DNA of 64,000 nt from Candidatus Alistipes stercorigallinarum (GTDB lineage Bacteria; Bacteroidota; Bacteroidia; Bacteroidales; Rikenellaceae), in assembly GCA_019119475.1 (NCBI GenBank), contig DWWY01000001.1, positions 12,260 to 76,259 on the forward strand. Direction: 5' to 3'. The notes beneath the pieces were generated by a model. The model was not told where the DNA came from and searched no databases. It saw nothing but the letters and a program-made list of their open reading frames with translations. Shown piece after piece: positions 35,349 through 44,645 of this stretch. Position 1 is the first letter of the stretch. The number at the start of each line of letters is the position of its first letter. The position numbers and the translations under genes were made by a program.

Positions 35349-36593
35349 TTATCGGATTTTGAGCGTCACGAGCGTGATGGCCGCCAGCAGCAGCGAGATA
35401 ATCCAGAAGCGGACGACAATCTTCGTCTCGAAAATCTCCTTCTTCTGGTAGTGGTGGTGCAGCGGCGACATGAGCAGGATGCGGCGCCCCTCGCCGTAGC
35501 GGCGCTTGGTGTACTTGAAGTAGGATACCTGGAGCATTACCGAGAGGCTCTCGACCAGGAAGACGCCGCAGAGCAGCGGCAGCAGCAGCTCCTTGCGGAT
35601 GCAGAGGGCGAAGACGGCGATGATGCCTCCGATGGAGAGCGAGCCGGTGTCGCCCATGAAAATCTGCGCCGGGAAGGAGTTGTACCAAAGGAAGCCGATG
35701 AGCGCACCGAGGAAGGCGGCGGCGAAGACCGTCAGCTCGCCGGCGCCGGGGATGTACATGATGTTGAGGTAGTCGGCATAGACGATATGGCCCGAAAGGT
35801 AGGCCAGCACGCCCAGCACGGCGACAATCGGCGCCGAGACGCCCGTGGCCAGGCCGTCGAGACCGTCGGTGAGGTTGGCGCCGTTCGATACGGCCGTGAT
35901 GACGAAGATGGCCACGAAGACGTAGAGCAGCCAGGCGGCCGTCTCGTTGCCTCCGGTGAGCCAGGCGTAGTCGAGCTCGTTGTTCTTGATGAAGGGGATG
36001 GTGGTCTTGGTGGTCTTGCTGCTTTCGGAGCTGAGCACCACGTTGTGGCGGACATCCTGCACCACGGTGCCGTCCTGCTCGACGATGAGCGTGTCGACGG
36101 GCTGCACGACCTTCTCGCGCACGACGATATCCTGCGAGAGCCACATCGTCGTGCCGACGATGATGCCCAGACCGACCTGTCCCACAATCTTGAAGCGTCC
36201 CTTGAGCCCCTCCTTGTTGTGGCGGAAGACCTTGATGTAGTCGTCCAGGCCGCCGATGAAGCCCAGCCAGAGCGTCGAGACGAGCATCAGCCGGATGTAG
36301 ATGTTGTCGAGCTTGCCCACCAGCAGCGTGGGGACCAGGATGGCCAGCAGGATGATGACTCCGCCCATGGTCGGGGTGCCGCGCTTCTGGAGCTGTCCTT
36401 CGAGTCCCAGGTCGCGGATATCCTCGCCGATTTGCTTGCGGCGCAGGAAGTCGATGATGCGGCGTCCGAAGATGATGACGATGAGCAGCGCGAGGATGAT
36501 GGCTGCCGCCGCCCGGAACGAGAGGTACTGGAACATGCCCGAGCCCGGGAAGTCGTACGCATGGTCGAGGTATTGGAAAAGATGGTAAAGCAT
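35349..36593 (-). CDS. mraY: Phospho-MurNAc-pentapeptide transferase
   Basis: From ATG 36593: [44 protein letters not shown]. Confidence 0.97.
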   Translation of the reverse strand: MLYHLFQYLDHAYDFPGSGMFQYLSFRAAAAIILALLIVIIFGRRIIDFLRRKQIGEDIRDLGLEGQLQKRGTPTMGGVIILLAILVPTLLVGKLDNIYIRLMLVSTLWLGFIGGLDDYIKVFRHNKEGLKGRFKIVGQVGLGIIVGTTMWLSQDIVVREKVVQPVDTLIVEQDGTVVQDVRHNVVLSSESSKTTKTTIPFIKNNELDYAWLTGGNETAAWLLYVFVAIFVITAVSNGANLTDGLDGLATGVSAPIVAVLGVLAYLSGHIVYADYLNIMYIPGAGELTVFAAAFLGALIGFLWYNSFPAQIFMGDTGSLSIGGIIAVFALCIRKELLLPLLCGVFLVESLSVMLQVSYFKYTKRRYGEGRRILLMSPLHHHYQKKEIFETKIVVRFWIISLLLAAITLVTLKIR

Positions 36594-36725
36594 GGATAGT
36601 CGTTTCTCTTGTCGTGTGTCGTTGTTCTCTGTTTTTCGTATTTTGCCGCGGGCGGGGCTCCGGGGGCCGCGCACGGTCTTCGGCGGCCGAAGGCCGGAGG
36701 TCGGGGCCGCTTCGCGTGGCGGGGG

Positions 36726-38192
36726 CTACCTTGCCGGAGCGGCGAGCGCCGCGAAGTTGCGGCGCAGCTCCTCGCGGTCGTCGAAATGGTGGCGCTCGTC
36801 GCCCACAATCTGGTAGGTCTCGTGTCCCTTGCCGGCCACGAGCAGCAGGTCGCCCGGAGCGGCGAGCATCACGGCCGTGCGGATGGCCTCGGCGCGGTCG
36901 GTGATGCGCAGGTATCGGTCGCCGGGCTGCAGTCCGGCGACCATCTCGTCGAGAATCGCCTCGGGCGATTCGTGGCGCGGGTTGTCCGAGGTGAAGATGG
37001 CCGTCGAGGCGTACTTGACGGCAATCTGCGCCATCTCGGGCCGCTTCGTGCGGTCGCGGTCGCCGCCGCAGCCGCAGACGACGATGAGCTGCTGTGCGGG
37101 GCGGCGCACCTCGCCGAGCGTCTGGAGCACGTTCTCCAGAGCGTCGGGCGTGTGGGCGTAGTCCACCACGGCGGTGGTGCCGTTGGCGGCGCGGATGAAC
37201 TCCAGCCGGCCGCTCACGGGGTGCAGGGCGCTCATCGCGCGCAGCACCTCCTCGCGGTCGAATCCCAGCAGGCGCGCCGTGCCGTAGACGGCCAGCAGGT
37301 TGCTGGCGTTGAAGCGTCCGAGGAACCCGACCCACACCTCGCTGCCGTCGATGCGCAGCAGCATGCCGTCGGGGTGCTGCTCGAGGATTTTGGCCCGGAA
37401 GTCGGCCATCGAGCGCAGCGAGTAGGAGAACTTCCGGGCGGCGGTGTTCTGGAGCATCACCGCGCCGTTGCGGTCGTCGGCGTTGGTCAGCGCGAAGGAG
37501 CCGCGCGGCAGCCGGTCGAAGAAGAGCTTCTTGGCGCGGATGTACTCGGCGAAGGTCTTGTGGTAGTCGAGGTGGTCGTGGGTGATGTTGGTGAAGAGTC
37601 CTCCGGCGAAGTCGAGCCCGCGCGTCCGCTCCTGGACGATGGCGTGCGACGAGCACTCCATGAAGCAGTAGTCGCAGCCGGCGTCGACCATGCGGCGCAG
37701 CATGGCGTTGAGCCGCACGGGGTCGGGCGTGGTGTGGGTCGATTCGATGCACTCCTCGTCGATGCGGTAGACCACCGTCGAGATGAGTCCGGCGCGGTAG
37801 CCGAGCGCCCGCACCAGGTCGTAGAGCAGCGTGGCGGTGGTGGTCTTGCCGTTGGTGCCCGTCACGCCGACGAGCTTCAGCGAGCGGCTCGGGTAGCCGT
37901 AGAAGGCCGCCGCCGCATCGGCCAGTGCGCCGTGGGCGTCCTTCACGCGTACGAAGGCGACCCCTTCGGGCCGCACGGCGGGCATGCGCTCGCAGACGAC
38001 GGCCGAGGCGCCGGCGGCGAGTGCCGCGGCGATGAAGTCGTGCCCGTCGCACTGCGTGCCGGGGATGGCGAAGAAGCAGCTGCCCTGCCCGACGGCACGC
38101 GAGTCGAAGACGAGTGCCTCGATTGCGGCGTCGCGGGGCCCTGCCAGCTCCTCGACGGCTATGTCGTGCAAAAGTTCTTCCAAACGTTTCAT
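36726..38192 (-). CDS. murE: UDP-MurNAc-dipeptide:diaminopimelate ligase
   Basis: From ATG 38192: GVTGTNGKTTT, HTTPDP, MECSSH, DHLDYH, DYAHTPDAL, DNPR specificity motif, GKGHETYQ. Confidence 0.97.
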   Translation of the reverse strand: MKRLEELLHDIAVEELAGPRDAAIEALVFDSRAVGQGSCFFAIPGTQCDGHDFIAAALAAGASAVVCERMPAVRPEGVAFVRVKDAHGALADAAAAFYGYPSRSLKLVGVTGTNGKTTTATLLYDLVRALGYRAGLISTVVYRIDEECIESTHTTPDPVRLNAMLRRMVDAGCDYCFMECSSHAIVQERTRGLDFAGGLFTNITHDHLDYHKTFAEYIRAKKLFFDRLPRGSFALTNADDRNGAVMLQNTAARKFSYSLRSMADFRAKILEQHPDGMLLRIDGSEVWVGFLGRFNASNLLAVYGTARLLGFDREEVLRAMSALHPVSGRLEFIRAANGTTAVVDYAHTPDALENVLQTLGEVRRPAQQLIVVCGCGGDRDRTKRPEMAQIAVKYASTAIFTSDNPRHESPEAILDEMVAGLQPGDRYLRITDRAEAIRTAVMLAAPGDLLLVAGKGHETYQIVGDERHHFDDREELRRNFAALAAPAR

Positions 38193-38254
38193 TGCGTATC
38201 TCTGTTGTTTTCTGACAAATCCTTGTTCTCGGCGGGTCTCTTCCGCCCTGCGGG

Positions 38255-38360
38255 CCTGAATCATCCCGGGGCTCCGAATCATTCCGCCGCCATGCATCAT
38301 TCTCGGCCCTGCATCATCCCGTCGCCCTGCATCATTCTCGGCCCGGCGTCATCCCGCCGT
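38255..38360. repeat. Six degenerate 17-18-bp tandem units between ftsI and murE
   Basis: cctgaatcatcccggggc / tccgaatcattccgccgc / catgcatcattctcggc / cctgcatcatcccgtcgc / cctgcatcattctcggc / ccggcgtcatcccgccgt. Confidence 0.8.
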
Positions 38361-38383
38361 CAGGGGAATTTCGCATTCGGCCG

Positions 38384-40648
38384 CTACCGGAGCGTGATGG
38401 AGACCGTCGCTCCCGGCGAGACGGGAGCCCCCGGCGGGATGCTCTGCCGGCGGACCGAACCCTCGCCCGTGAAGGCGACGCGCAGCCCGTGCGACTCGAG
38501 CACGAAGAGCGCATCCTTGAGTCCCATGCCCCGTACGTCGGGCATGGCGTTGCGCTTCTCGGAGAGCGTCTCGATGGTCACGCGCGCCGTGCTGTCGACC
38601 GTCGCGCGGCCCCAGCCGCGGCGGCTCTCGCTGCGGACGTTGCGCGCCAGTTCGCCGGCCACCTCGCGCATCTGCTCGATGCTGCCCCCCTTGATATGCT
38701 CGGGATAGTGCCGTTCGCCGCTCTGCTCCACGCGGCCGTGCCACTCCTGCTCGCGGTTCGAGATGTAGTCGACCATCCGCTTGACGACCGGACCGGCCAG
38801 CGGTCCGCCGTAGTAGGCCTTGCCCGGCTGGGCGCGGGTCTCGATGGTGGTCAGCACCGTATATCGGGGGTCGTCCGAGGGGAAGAAGGCAATCATCGAG
38901 CCCAGGTAGTAGCGTCCCCCCATGCGGCTGTCGGTAATCTGCGCCGTGCCGGTCTTGGCGGCCACGCGGTAGCGCGTCGAGTCGCGGAAATAGAGGCTGG
39001 CCGTACCCGTGCGGCAGACCTCCTCGAGGTCGCGCGTCACCTCGCGCAGCGTCCCGTGCGAGCAGATGCGGCTCTCGATGGTCTCGCTTCCGAAGCGGCG
39101 TACCACCTCGTCGCCCCGCCGCAGCTCGCGCACGAGCACCGGCGAAATCATCTTGCCGCCGTTGGCGATGGCGTTGTAGAAGGTGAGCATCTGGATGGGT
39201 GCCAGCCGCACGCGGTAGCCGTAGCTCATCTTGACGAGCATCACGCCCGGGTCGGGCACCTTCCAGTCGCGCGTGATGGAGGGCTTGCGCTCGCCCAGCC
39301 GCTCCAGCCCGACGGTCTGTCCCAGGTGGAGCTGTTCGTGGAGGAAGTTGCTGTAGTCCATCTTCTTGCCCGTGGCGCCGTAGCGCTCCCAGATGGCCTT
39401 GGCGAAGTAGACGTTCGACGACGAGGCCACCGCACGGCGGAAGTCGATGACGTGGTCGCCCCGGTGCGAGTCGCGGATGTTGCGGGCCGGGCCCACCGTC
39501 ACGGGGTCGCCGTTGTGGGTGTCGTACTCCGTGTCGGGCGACATGCCGGCGTCGTCGAGCAGCAGCAGCATCGAGGCGAGCTTGAAGGTCGAGCCGGGCT
39601 CCATGCTGCGTCCCAGGGCGTAGTTCTCGCGCTCGGCGAAGCTCCCCTCGCTTCCCGTGCGGCCGAGGTTGGCCATGGCCAGAATCTCGCCCGTGCGGGT
39701 CTCCATGACGATGGTCGTCCCCCAGATGGCGTTCTGCGCCTCGAGCTGCCGGCGCAGCGCCTTGTCGGCCACGTCCTGCAGGTCGAGGTCGAGCGTCGTT
39801 ACCACGTCGGCGCCGTCGAGCGGCTCCTCGTTGCCCTTGCCGGCCACGCGGCCGTAGAAGCCGCGGGCGATGCGCTGCCGCACGGCCTTTCCGGGGCGTC
39901 CGGCCAGCTCCTCGCGGTAGGCGTCCTCGATGCCGTAGTTGCCTCGGTCGCCCGTCAGGCCGACCGTACGGCGGGCCAGCTCGCCCTGGGGATAGATGCG
40001 CTCGTCGCGCTCGACCAGGTTGTAGACCATGCCCATGTTCCAGTTGAGCAGCGGGTAGCGGCGCAGCGTCTCCCACTCGGCGCGGTCGACCTCGCGCGGG
40101 AAGATGTTGACGGGGGTGTGGTCGCGCAGCGTGTCGTAGATGCGGCGCGTGATGAACTCCTCGCCCCGCAGCCGGTCGATGAGGCGCCCCAGGAAGCCCT
40201 CGGAGCGGTGGTAGGTGGTGTCGCGGCCATTGACGAGCCGGTATCGTTTCGCATGTTCGGCGCGGAAGAAGCGGCGGTACTCCGAGGCGGGCTTGTCGCG
40301 GAAGAAGGCGGCGAGCAGCTTGGCCAGCGAGTCGCTCTGTTCGTGGAAGGTCTTCAGCGAGTCGAGGCCCGGGCTGCCGAAGTCGAATGCGGCCTGGTAG
40401 CGGAAAATCGAGGTGGCCAGCGGCTCGCCGTTGCGGGCGAGGATGCTGCCCCGCTGGGCGGGGATGACCTCTTCGGTGAAGATGCGGCTGGCGAGCCGGT
40501 CGGCGTTGTAGGCCACCTCGCGGCTGAAGAGCTGCACCCAGACAAGGCGCAGCAGCACGACGGCCGCCACGATGATGAAGCATGCGTAGAGCAGCCGGAC
40601 CCGCAGCAGGATGTCCTTCTTGATGGGGGAGTGTACCTCTTTCTTCAT
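38384..40648 (-). CDS. ftsI: Class B penicillin-binding protein (PBP3) with C-terminal PASTA domain
   Basis: SxxK (EPGSTFK), SxN (SSNVYF), KTG (AAKTGTAQ), MPDVRGMGLKDA PASTA. Confidence 0.95.
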   Translation of the reverse strand: MKKEVHSPIKKDILLRVRLLYACFIIVAAVVLLRLVWVQLFSREVAYNADRLASRIFTEEVIPAQRGSILARNGEPLATSIFRYQAAFDFGSPGLDSLKTFHEQSDSLAKLLAAFFRDKPASEYRRFFRAEHAKRYRLVNGRDTTYHRSEGFLGRLIDRLRGEEFITRRIYDTLRDHTPVNIFPREVDRAEWETLRRYPLLNWNMGMVYNLVERDERIYPQGELARRTVGLTGDRGNYGIEDAYREELAGRPGKAVRQRIARGFYGRVAGKGNEEPLDGADVVTTLDLDLQDVADKALRRQLEAQNAIWGTTIVMETRTGEILAMANLGRTGSEGSFAERENYALGRSMEPGSTFKLASMLLLLDDAGMSPDTEYDTHNGDPVTVGPARNIRDSHRGDHVIDFRRAVASSSNVYFAKAIWERYGATGKKMDYSNFLHEQLHLGQTVGLERLGERKPSITRDWKVPDPGVMLVKMSYGYRVRLAPIQMLTFYNAIANGGKMISPVLVRELRRGDEVVRRFGSETIESRICSHGTLREVTRDLEEVCRTGTASLYFRDSTRYRVAAKTGTAQITDSRMGGRYYLGSMIAFFPSDDPRYTVLTTIETRAQPGKAYYGGPLAGPVVKRMVDYISNREQEWHGRVEQSGERHYPEHIKGGSIEQMREVAGELARNVRSESRRGWGRATVDSTARVTIETLSEKRNAMPDVRGMGLKDALFVLESHGLRVAFTGEGSVRRQSIPPGAPVSPGATVSITLR

Positions 40649-40654
40649 GGCCGG

Positions 40655-41164
40655 CTATTCGATGATTTCCCCCGGAACGACGGGGTCGTAGAGTTCGATG
40701 CCGCGGGCGCGGAGCTCCTCGGCCACGGCCGAATGGGTCGTCACGCGGTAGCGCTGCTGCTGCAGCCGCACGGAACGTTCGCGCAGCATCTGCACCTCGC
40801 GCTCCAGGCGCGAGTAGCGGCGGTCGAGGTGGAGCGACCAGAACATCACCACGATGCTCAGGAAGAACATTCCCGCGATGCAGAGCAGGTAGGGATAGGC
40901 CTCCGATGCCTCCTTGCGCAGGAGGATGGTGCCCGATATGAGCTGCCGGAAGGTGCTCGAGGCCCGCTTGCGCTCGCGCTCTTCGGCCTCCTCGCGTTCG
41001 CGGCGTTCGGCCTCTTCGCGCTCGGCATCCTCGCGCAGTTCGTCGTCGGCTTCGCCCCGCTGGATGCGCACCACCTCCCGGCGAATCTTGCGGGCAAGCT
41101 CCGCCTCGCGCTCGCGTTCGGCGAGCTCCTCGGGGGTTATGGGGTCGAATTCGTGGTCCTGCAT
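40655..41164 (-). CDS. ftsL: FtsL-like cell division protein
   Basis: Position between rsmH and ftsI; charged N-terminus, one TM helix, coiled coil. Confidence 0.75.
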   Translation of the reverse strand: MQDHEFDPITPEELAEREREAELARKIRREVVRIQRGEADDELREDAEREEAERREREEAEERERKRASSTFRQLISGTILLRKEASEAYPYLLCIAGMFFLSIVVMFWSLHLDRRYSRLEREVQMLRERSVRLQQQRYRVTTHSAVAEELRARGIELYDPVVPGEIIE

Positions 41165-41221
41165 CGTGTCGGGTTGTTTTCCGGTTGTCTGTTGTCTGTC
41201 GGTTTGTCGTTTTTCGCTTGC

Positions 41222-42169
41222 CTACCGTTTCCGCGGGGTGTCGGCCTCGCCGGCGGGCATTTCGCGCTTGACGGCCGCCCGCAGCCGGGCCGAACGCGAC
41301 CGGGGGTTGCGCTCCAGTTCCTCCCCGGAGGGGACCACCGCCTTGCGCGTGAGCGTCTCGAAGGGGGTCTGGCTCCGTCCGAAGAAGTCCTTCTCGATGC
41401 GCCCCTCGAAATTGCCGCTGCGCATGAAGTTCTTCACCAGCCGGTCCTCGAGCGAGTGGTAGGAGATGACCACCAGCCGCCCGCCCGGGCGCAGCACCTT
41501 GAGGCTCTGCTCGAGCGCCATCTTGAGCGCCTCCATCTCGCCGTTGACCTCGATGCGGAGCGCCTGGAAGAGCTTGGTGAGGAACTTCGCCTCCTCCTTG
41601 CGGGGGGTGCAGGGGCGTACGGCCTCGACCAGCTGCGCGGTGGTGCGGACGGGCTCCGCGGTGCGGGCCCGTTCGATGCAGTTGGCGATTTTCCAGGGGG
41701 TCTCCAGCTCGCCCCAGTCGCGCAGCACGCGCGTCAGTTCGGCGTTGGTGTAGCCGTTGACCACGTCGGCGGCCGTCAGCCGGCCGCGCTGGTTCATCCG
41801 CATGTCGAGCGGCGCCTCGCCGCGGAACGAGAAGCCCCGTTCGAGGGCGTCGAAGTGGTGCGACGAGACCCCGAGGTCGGCCAGAATGCCGTCGACCTGC
41901 CCGACGCCGCGCAGCCGCAGCGCCCCGCGCAGGAAGCGGAAGTTGCTCTCGACGTAGTGGAAACGGGCGTCGTCGGGGCAGTTGGCGCGCGTGTCGCTGT
42001 CCTGGTCGAAGGCGTAGAGACGCCCTTCGGGCCCCAGTGCGGCGAGGATGCGGCGCGAGTGGCCTCCGCCGCCGAAGGTCAGGTCGGCATAGGTGCCTCG
42101 AGGGTCGATGTCGAGCAGCCCGACGGACTCTTCGAGCAGTACGGGTACGTGGTATTCCGGAGCAGCCAT
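41222..42169 (-). CDS. rsmH: 16S rRNA m4C1402 methyltransferase
   Basis: HVPVLL, DLTFGGGGHS, DLGVSSHHFD, FQALRIEVN, ISYHSLEDR, NPRSRSARLR. Confidence 0.98.
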   Translation of the reverse strand: MAAPEYHVPVLLEESVGLLDIDPRGTYADLTFGGGGHSRRILAALGPEGRLYAFDQDSDTRANCPDDARFHYVESNFRFLRGALRLRGVGQVDGILADLGVSSHHFDALERGFSFRGEAPLDMRMNQRGRLTAADVVNGYTNAELTRVLRDWGELETPWKIANCIERARTAEPVRTTAQLVEAVRPCTPRKEEAKFLTKLFQALRIEVNGEMEALKMALEQSLKVLRPGGRLVVISYHSLEDRLVKNFMRSGNFEGRIEKDFFGRSQTPFETLTRKAVVPSGEELERNPRSRSARLRAAVKREMPAGEADTPRKR

Positions 42170-42222
42170 TTCAGCAAAGTCGATTTGGGCGTAAAGTTAG
42201 CGACTTTTTCCCGAAGAATGTT

Positions 42223-42230
42223 TATCTTTG
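42223..42230 (+). promoter_or_regulatory. -7 box (TATCTTTG) for the acyltransferase pair
   Basis: Exact consensus match. Confidence 0.65.
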
Positions 42231-42399
42231 CGGATATAATTTTCCCCTCCCGCCGGGAATCCCGGCGGGGCCCGTTTCCGGCTGCGAGCGCCGGGCCGCG
42301 CATGCCGTTGTCCCGCAGGCCGGGAGGGCCTCCCTGCCTTCGGCTCCGCGCCGCCGGCTGCCGATACGGGGCGGGGGAGCACCGAAAACAGAGACCGAA

Positions 42400-43233
42400 A
42401 TGCCCGAAATCGACATAGCCCGCGTGCTTGCGGAAAAAGCACCGGGTCTTGCCCGCCGTCTTCCCGGCTTCGTCGTGCGCTGGCTGCGCCGTACCATCCA
42501 CGAAGAGGACATCAACTACATCCTGCGCACCTTCTGGGACCTCCCGCCGCAGGAGTTCATCCGCGCCTGCTTCCGGACGTGGGGCGTCACCTACTCCTCG
42601 GAGGGGCTCGGAGAGCTCGACCCCGCGGGCCGCTACCTCTTCGTCTCGAACCATCCCTTCGGCGGGATGGACGGCATGATGCTGGCCGACGAGCTCATCG
42701 GCCGCTTCGGCGATGCGCGCGTGGTGGTCAACGACCTGCTCATGCACCTCGAGCCGCTGCGTCCGCTCTGGATTCCGGTCAACAAGCACGGGGCGCAGAG
42801 CGCCGCCTATGCCCGGCGGTTCGAGGAGGAGCTCTTCGGCGACCGCCCGATTCTGACCTTTCCCGCCGGGTTGTGCTCGCGCCGCATCGGGGGCGAGGTG
42901 ACCGACCTGCCGTGGAAGGTCAACTTCCTGAAGAAGGCCTACGCCTCGCAGCGGCAGATTGTCCCGGTCTTCGTCGAGGGCGAGCTGTCGAACTTCTTCT
43001 ACCGCGTGGCCTCGCTGCGCAAGGCGCTGGGCGTCAAGTTCAATATCGAGATGCTCTGGTTGCCCGACGAGATGTTCTCGCAGGGGGGCAAACACTTCCG
43101 CATCCTCTTCGGCAAGCCCATCTCCACGTCGGAACTTCAGGACGCGGGCTCGCTGCGCGAGCAGGTGGAGTTCATACGCAAAAAGACCTATTTTTTGAAA
43201 AATAGCCTTCCGGGCGAGGAAAAAACGCGATAA
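42400..43233 (+). CDS. glsA: PlsC-like O-acyltransferase; probable glycine-lipid O-acyltransferase
   Basis: From ATG 42400: HX4D motif (NHPFGGMD), LTFPAGLCSR; adjacent to an OlsB-like N-acyltransferase. Confidence 0.7.
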   Translation: MPEIDIARVLAEKAPGLARRLPGFVVRWLRRTIHEEDINYILRTFWDLPPQEFIRACFRTWGVTYSSEGLGELDPAGRYLFVSNHPFGGMDGMMLADELIGRFGDARVVVNDLLMHLEPLRPLWIPVNKHGAQSAAYARRFEEELFGDRPILTFPAGLCSRRIGGEVTDLPWKVNFLKKAYASQRQIVPVFVEGELSNFFYRVASLRKALGVKFNIEMLWLPDEMFSQGGKHFRILFGKPISTSELQDAGSLREQVEFIRKKTYFLKNSLPGEEKTR

Positions 43234-43312
43234 AATCCCTATTTTTGTGCCGTAATAACCATGCCGCCGACCGTTCTCATCCGACCGGCCGGCGCCCAAT
43301 CTCGTGACGCAA

Positions 43313-44314
43313 ATGCAGCCAATCATTCCACCCGTGGAGCGGGAACTGTTGCGGGCCGAACTGACCCCCGAACGCAAGTACCGCGATACGAACAAGGCTT
43401 CGAACGAAATCTATGTCTTCGCGGCCTCGGAGTGTCCGGCCCTGATGCGCGAGGTGGGCCGTCTGCGCGAGGAGGCATTCCGCATCGCCGGCGGCGGCAC
43501 GGGGCTCGAGGTGGACATCGACGAGGAGGACCTCGCTCCGGACGGTTACTACCAGCTCATCGTCTGGGACCCCCATGCCGAGGAGATTGTGGGCGGCTAC
43601 CGCTTCATCGTCTGCACGTCGGAGCATCCGCGCCACCTCTCGACCGAGCACTACTTCCGCTTCAGCGAGAAGTTCCGCCGCGAATACCTTCCCTATACCA
43701 TCGAATTGGGGCGCTCGTTCGTCCAGCGCTCCTACCAGGCGCGGGCCAACCGCAAGAGCATCTACGCGCTCGACAACCTCTGGGACGGTCTGGGGGCGCT
43801 CATCGTGCTCAATCCACAGGCGAAGTACCTCTTCGGCAAGGTGACCATGTATACGACCTACAAGTCCGTGGCGCGCAATGCGCTCATCTGGTTCCTGCGC
43901 CGCTACTTCCCCGACCGCGACAATCTGGTGACGGCCATCAACCCCCTGCAGCTCGACCTGGACGACCCCTACTACGAGGAGTTCTTCACCGGGCGCGACT
44001 ATGCCGAGAACTACCGGATTCTGCTGCAGAAAATCCGCGAGTTCGACGAGACCATCCCGCCGCTCATCAACGCCTACATGAACCTCTCGCCCACGATGCG
44101 GGTCTTCGATACGGTGTCGAACCCCGATTTCGGCGGCGTCGAGGAGACGGGCATCCTGGTGACCATCCCCGACATCTATCCCGAGAAGCGCGAGCGCTAC
44201 ACCCGCTGGCAGGGGTGGCAGGCGAACCTCAAACACCGGCGCGAGGTCTTCCGCCAGCGGCTGCACGAGCATCTGCAGCGCATCAACCGCAAGGTGCGCA
44301 GCGGCGGCGAGTGA
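43313..44314 (+). CDS. glsB: OlsB-like GNAT N-acyltransferase; probable N-acyl glycine synthase
   Basis: EVGRLREEAFR..GGGTG..DID, EIVGGYR, IELGRSFV, LDNLWDGLG, IPPLINAY. Confidence 0.72.
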   Translation: MQPIIPPVERELLRAELTPERKYRDTNKASNEIYVFAASECPALMREVGRLREEAFRIAGGGTGLEVDIDEEDLAPDGYYQLIVWDPHAEEIVGGYRFIVCTSEHPRHLSTEHYFRFSEKFRREYLPYTIELGRSFVQRSYQARANRKSIYALDNLWDGLGALIVLNPQAKYLFGKVTMYTTYKSVARNALIWFLRRYFPDRDNLVTAINPLQLDLDDPYYEEFFTGRDYAENYRILLQKIREFDETIPPLINAYMNLSPTMRVFDTVSNPDFGGVEETGILVTIPDIYPEKRERYTRWQGWQANLKHRREVFRQRLHEHLQRINRKVRSGGE

Positions 44315-44402
44315 CGCTGCGGGGCGGCCCGCTCCGCCGACTGAAAGGCAAACAAGTATTTAAGTATAATAAGTATTGTGTTGAAGACGGCCCTGCCGTC
44401 AG

Positions 44403-44431
44403 AGCCCCGGAGCGAATCTCCGGGGCTTTTT
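44403..44431 (+). terminator. Intrinsic terminator after the acyltransferase pair
   Basis: agccccggag-cgaat-ctccggggct-tttt. Confidence 0.85.
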
Positions 44432-44453
44432 CGTGGCGGGGCCCGGCAGCGCA

Positions 44454-44520
44454 CACGTCAAGGCACGTCAAGGCACGTCAAGGCACGTCAAGGTACGTCA
44501 GGCACGTCAGGCACGCAAGG
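44454..44520. repeat. 10-bp tandem repeat cacgtcaagg x4 plus three 9-bp variants
   Basis: Read directly upstream of the porin gene. Confidence 0.92.
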
Positions 44521-44645
44521 CCGCCGACCGCTGAAATGGCCGGGATGCCGCCTTTTTTCGCCCTTGCTGTCCAGAAAGTAAACTCGCGAGTTGGAACATT
44601 CGTCGGAATTTCCTTTTTTTGCCCCCGAGAAAAGCCCCGGAACCA

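Noticed and set aside
33275-38052. Track ORFs implying MurD or lipoprotein fusions with upstream frames
   Set aside because: The extensions overlap mraY and murE in other frames; internal ATGs at 34624 and 35328 give normal proteins.
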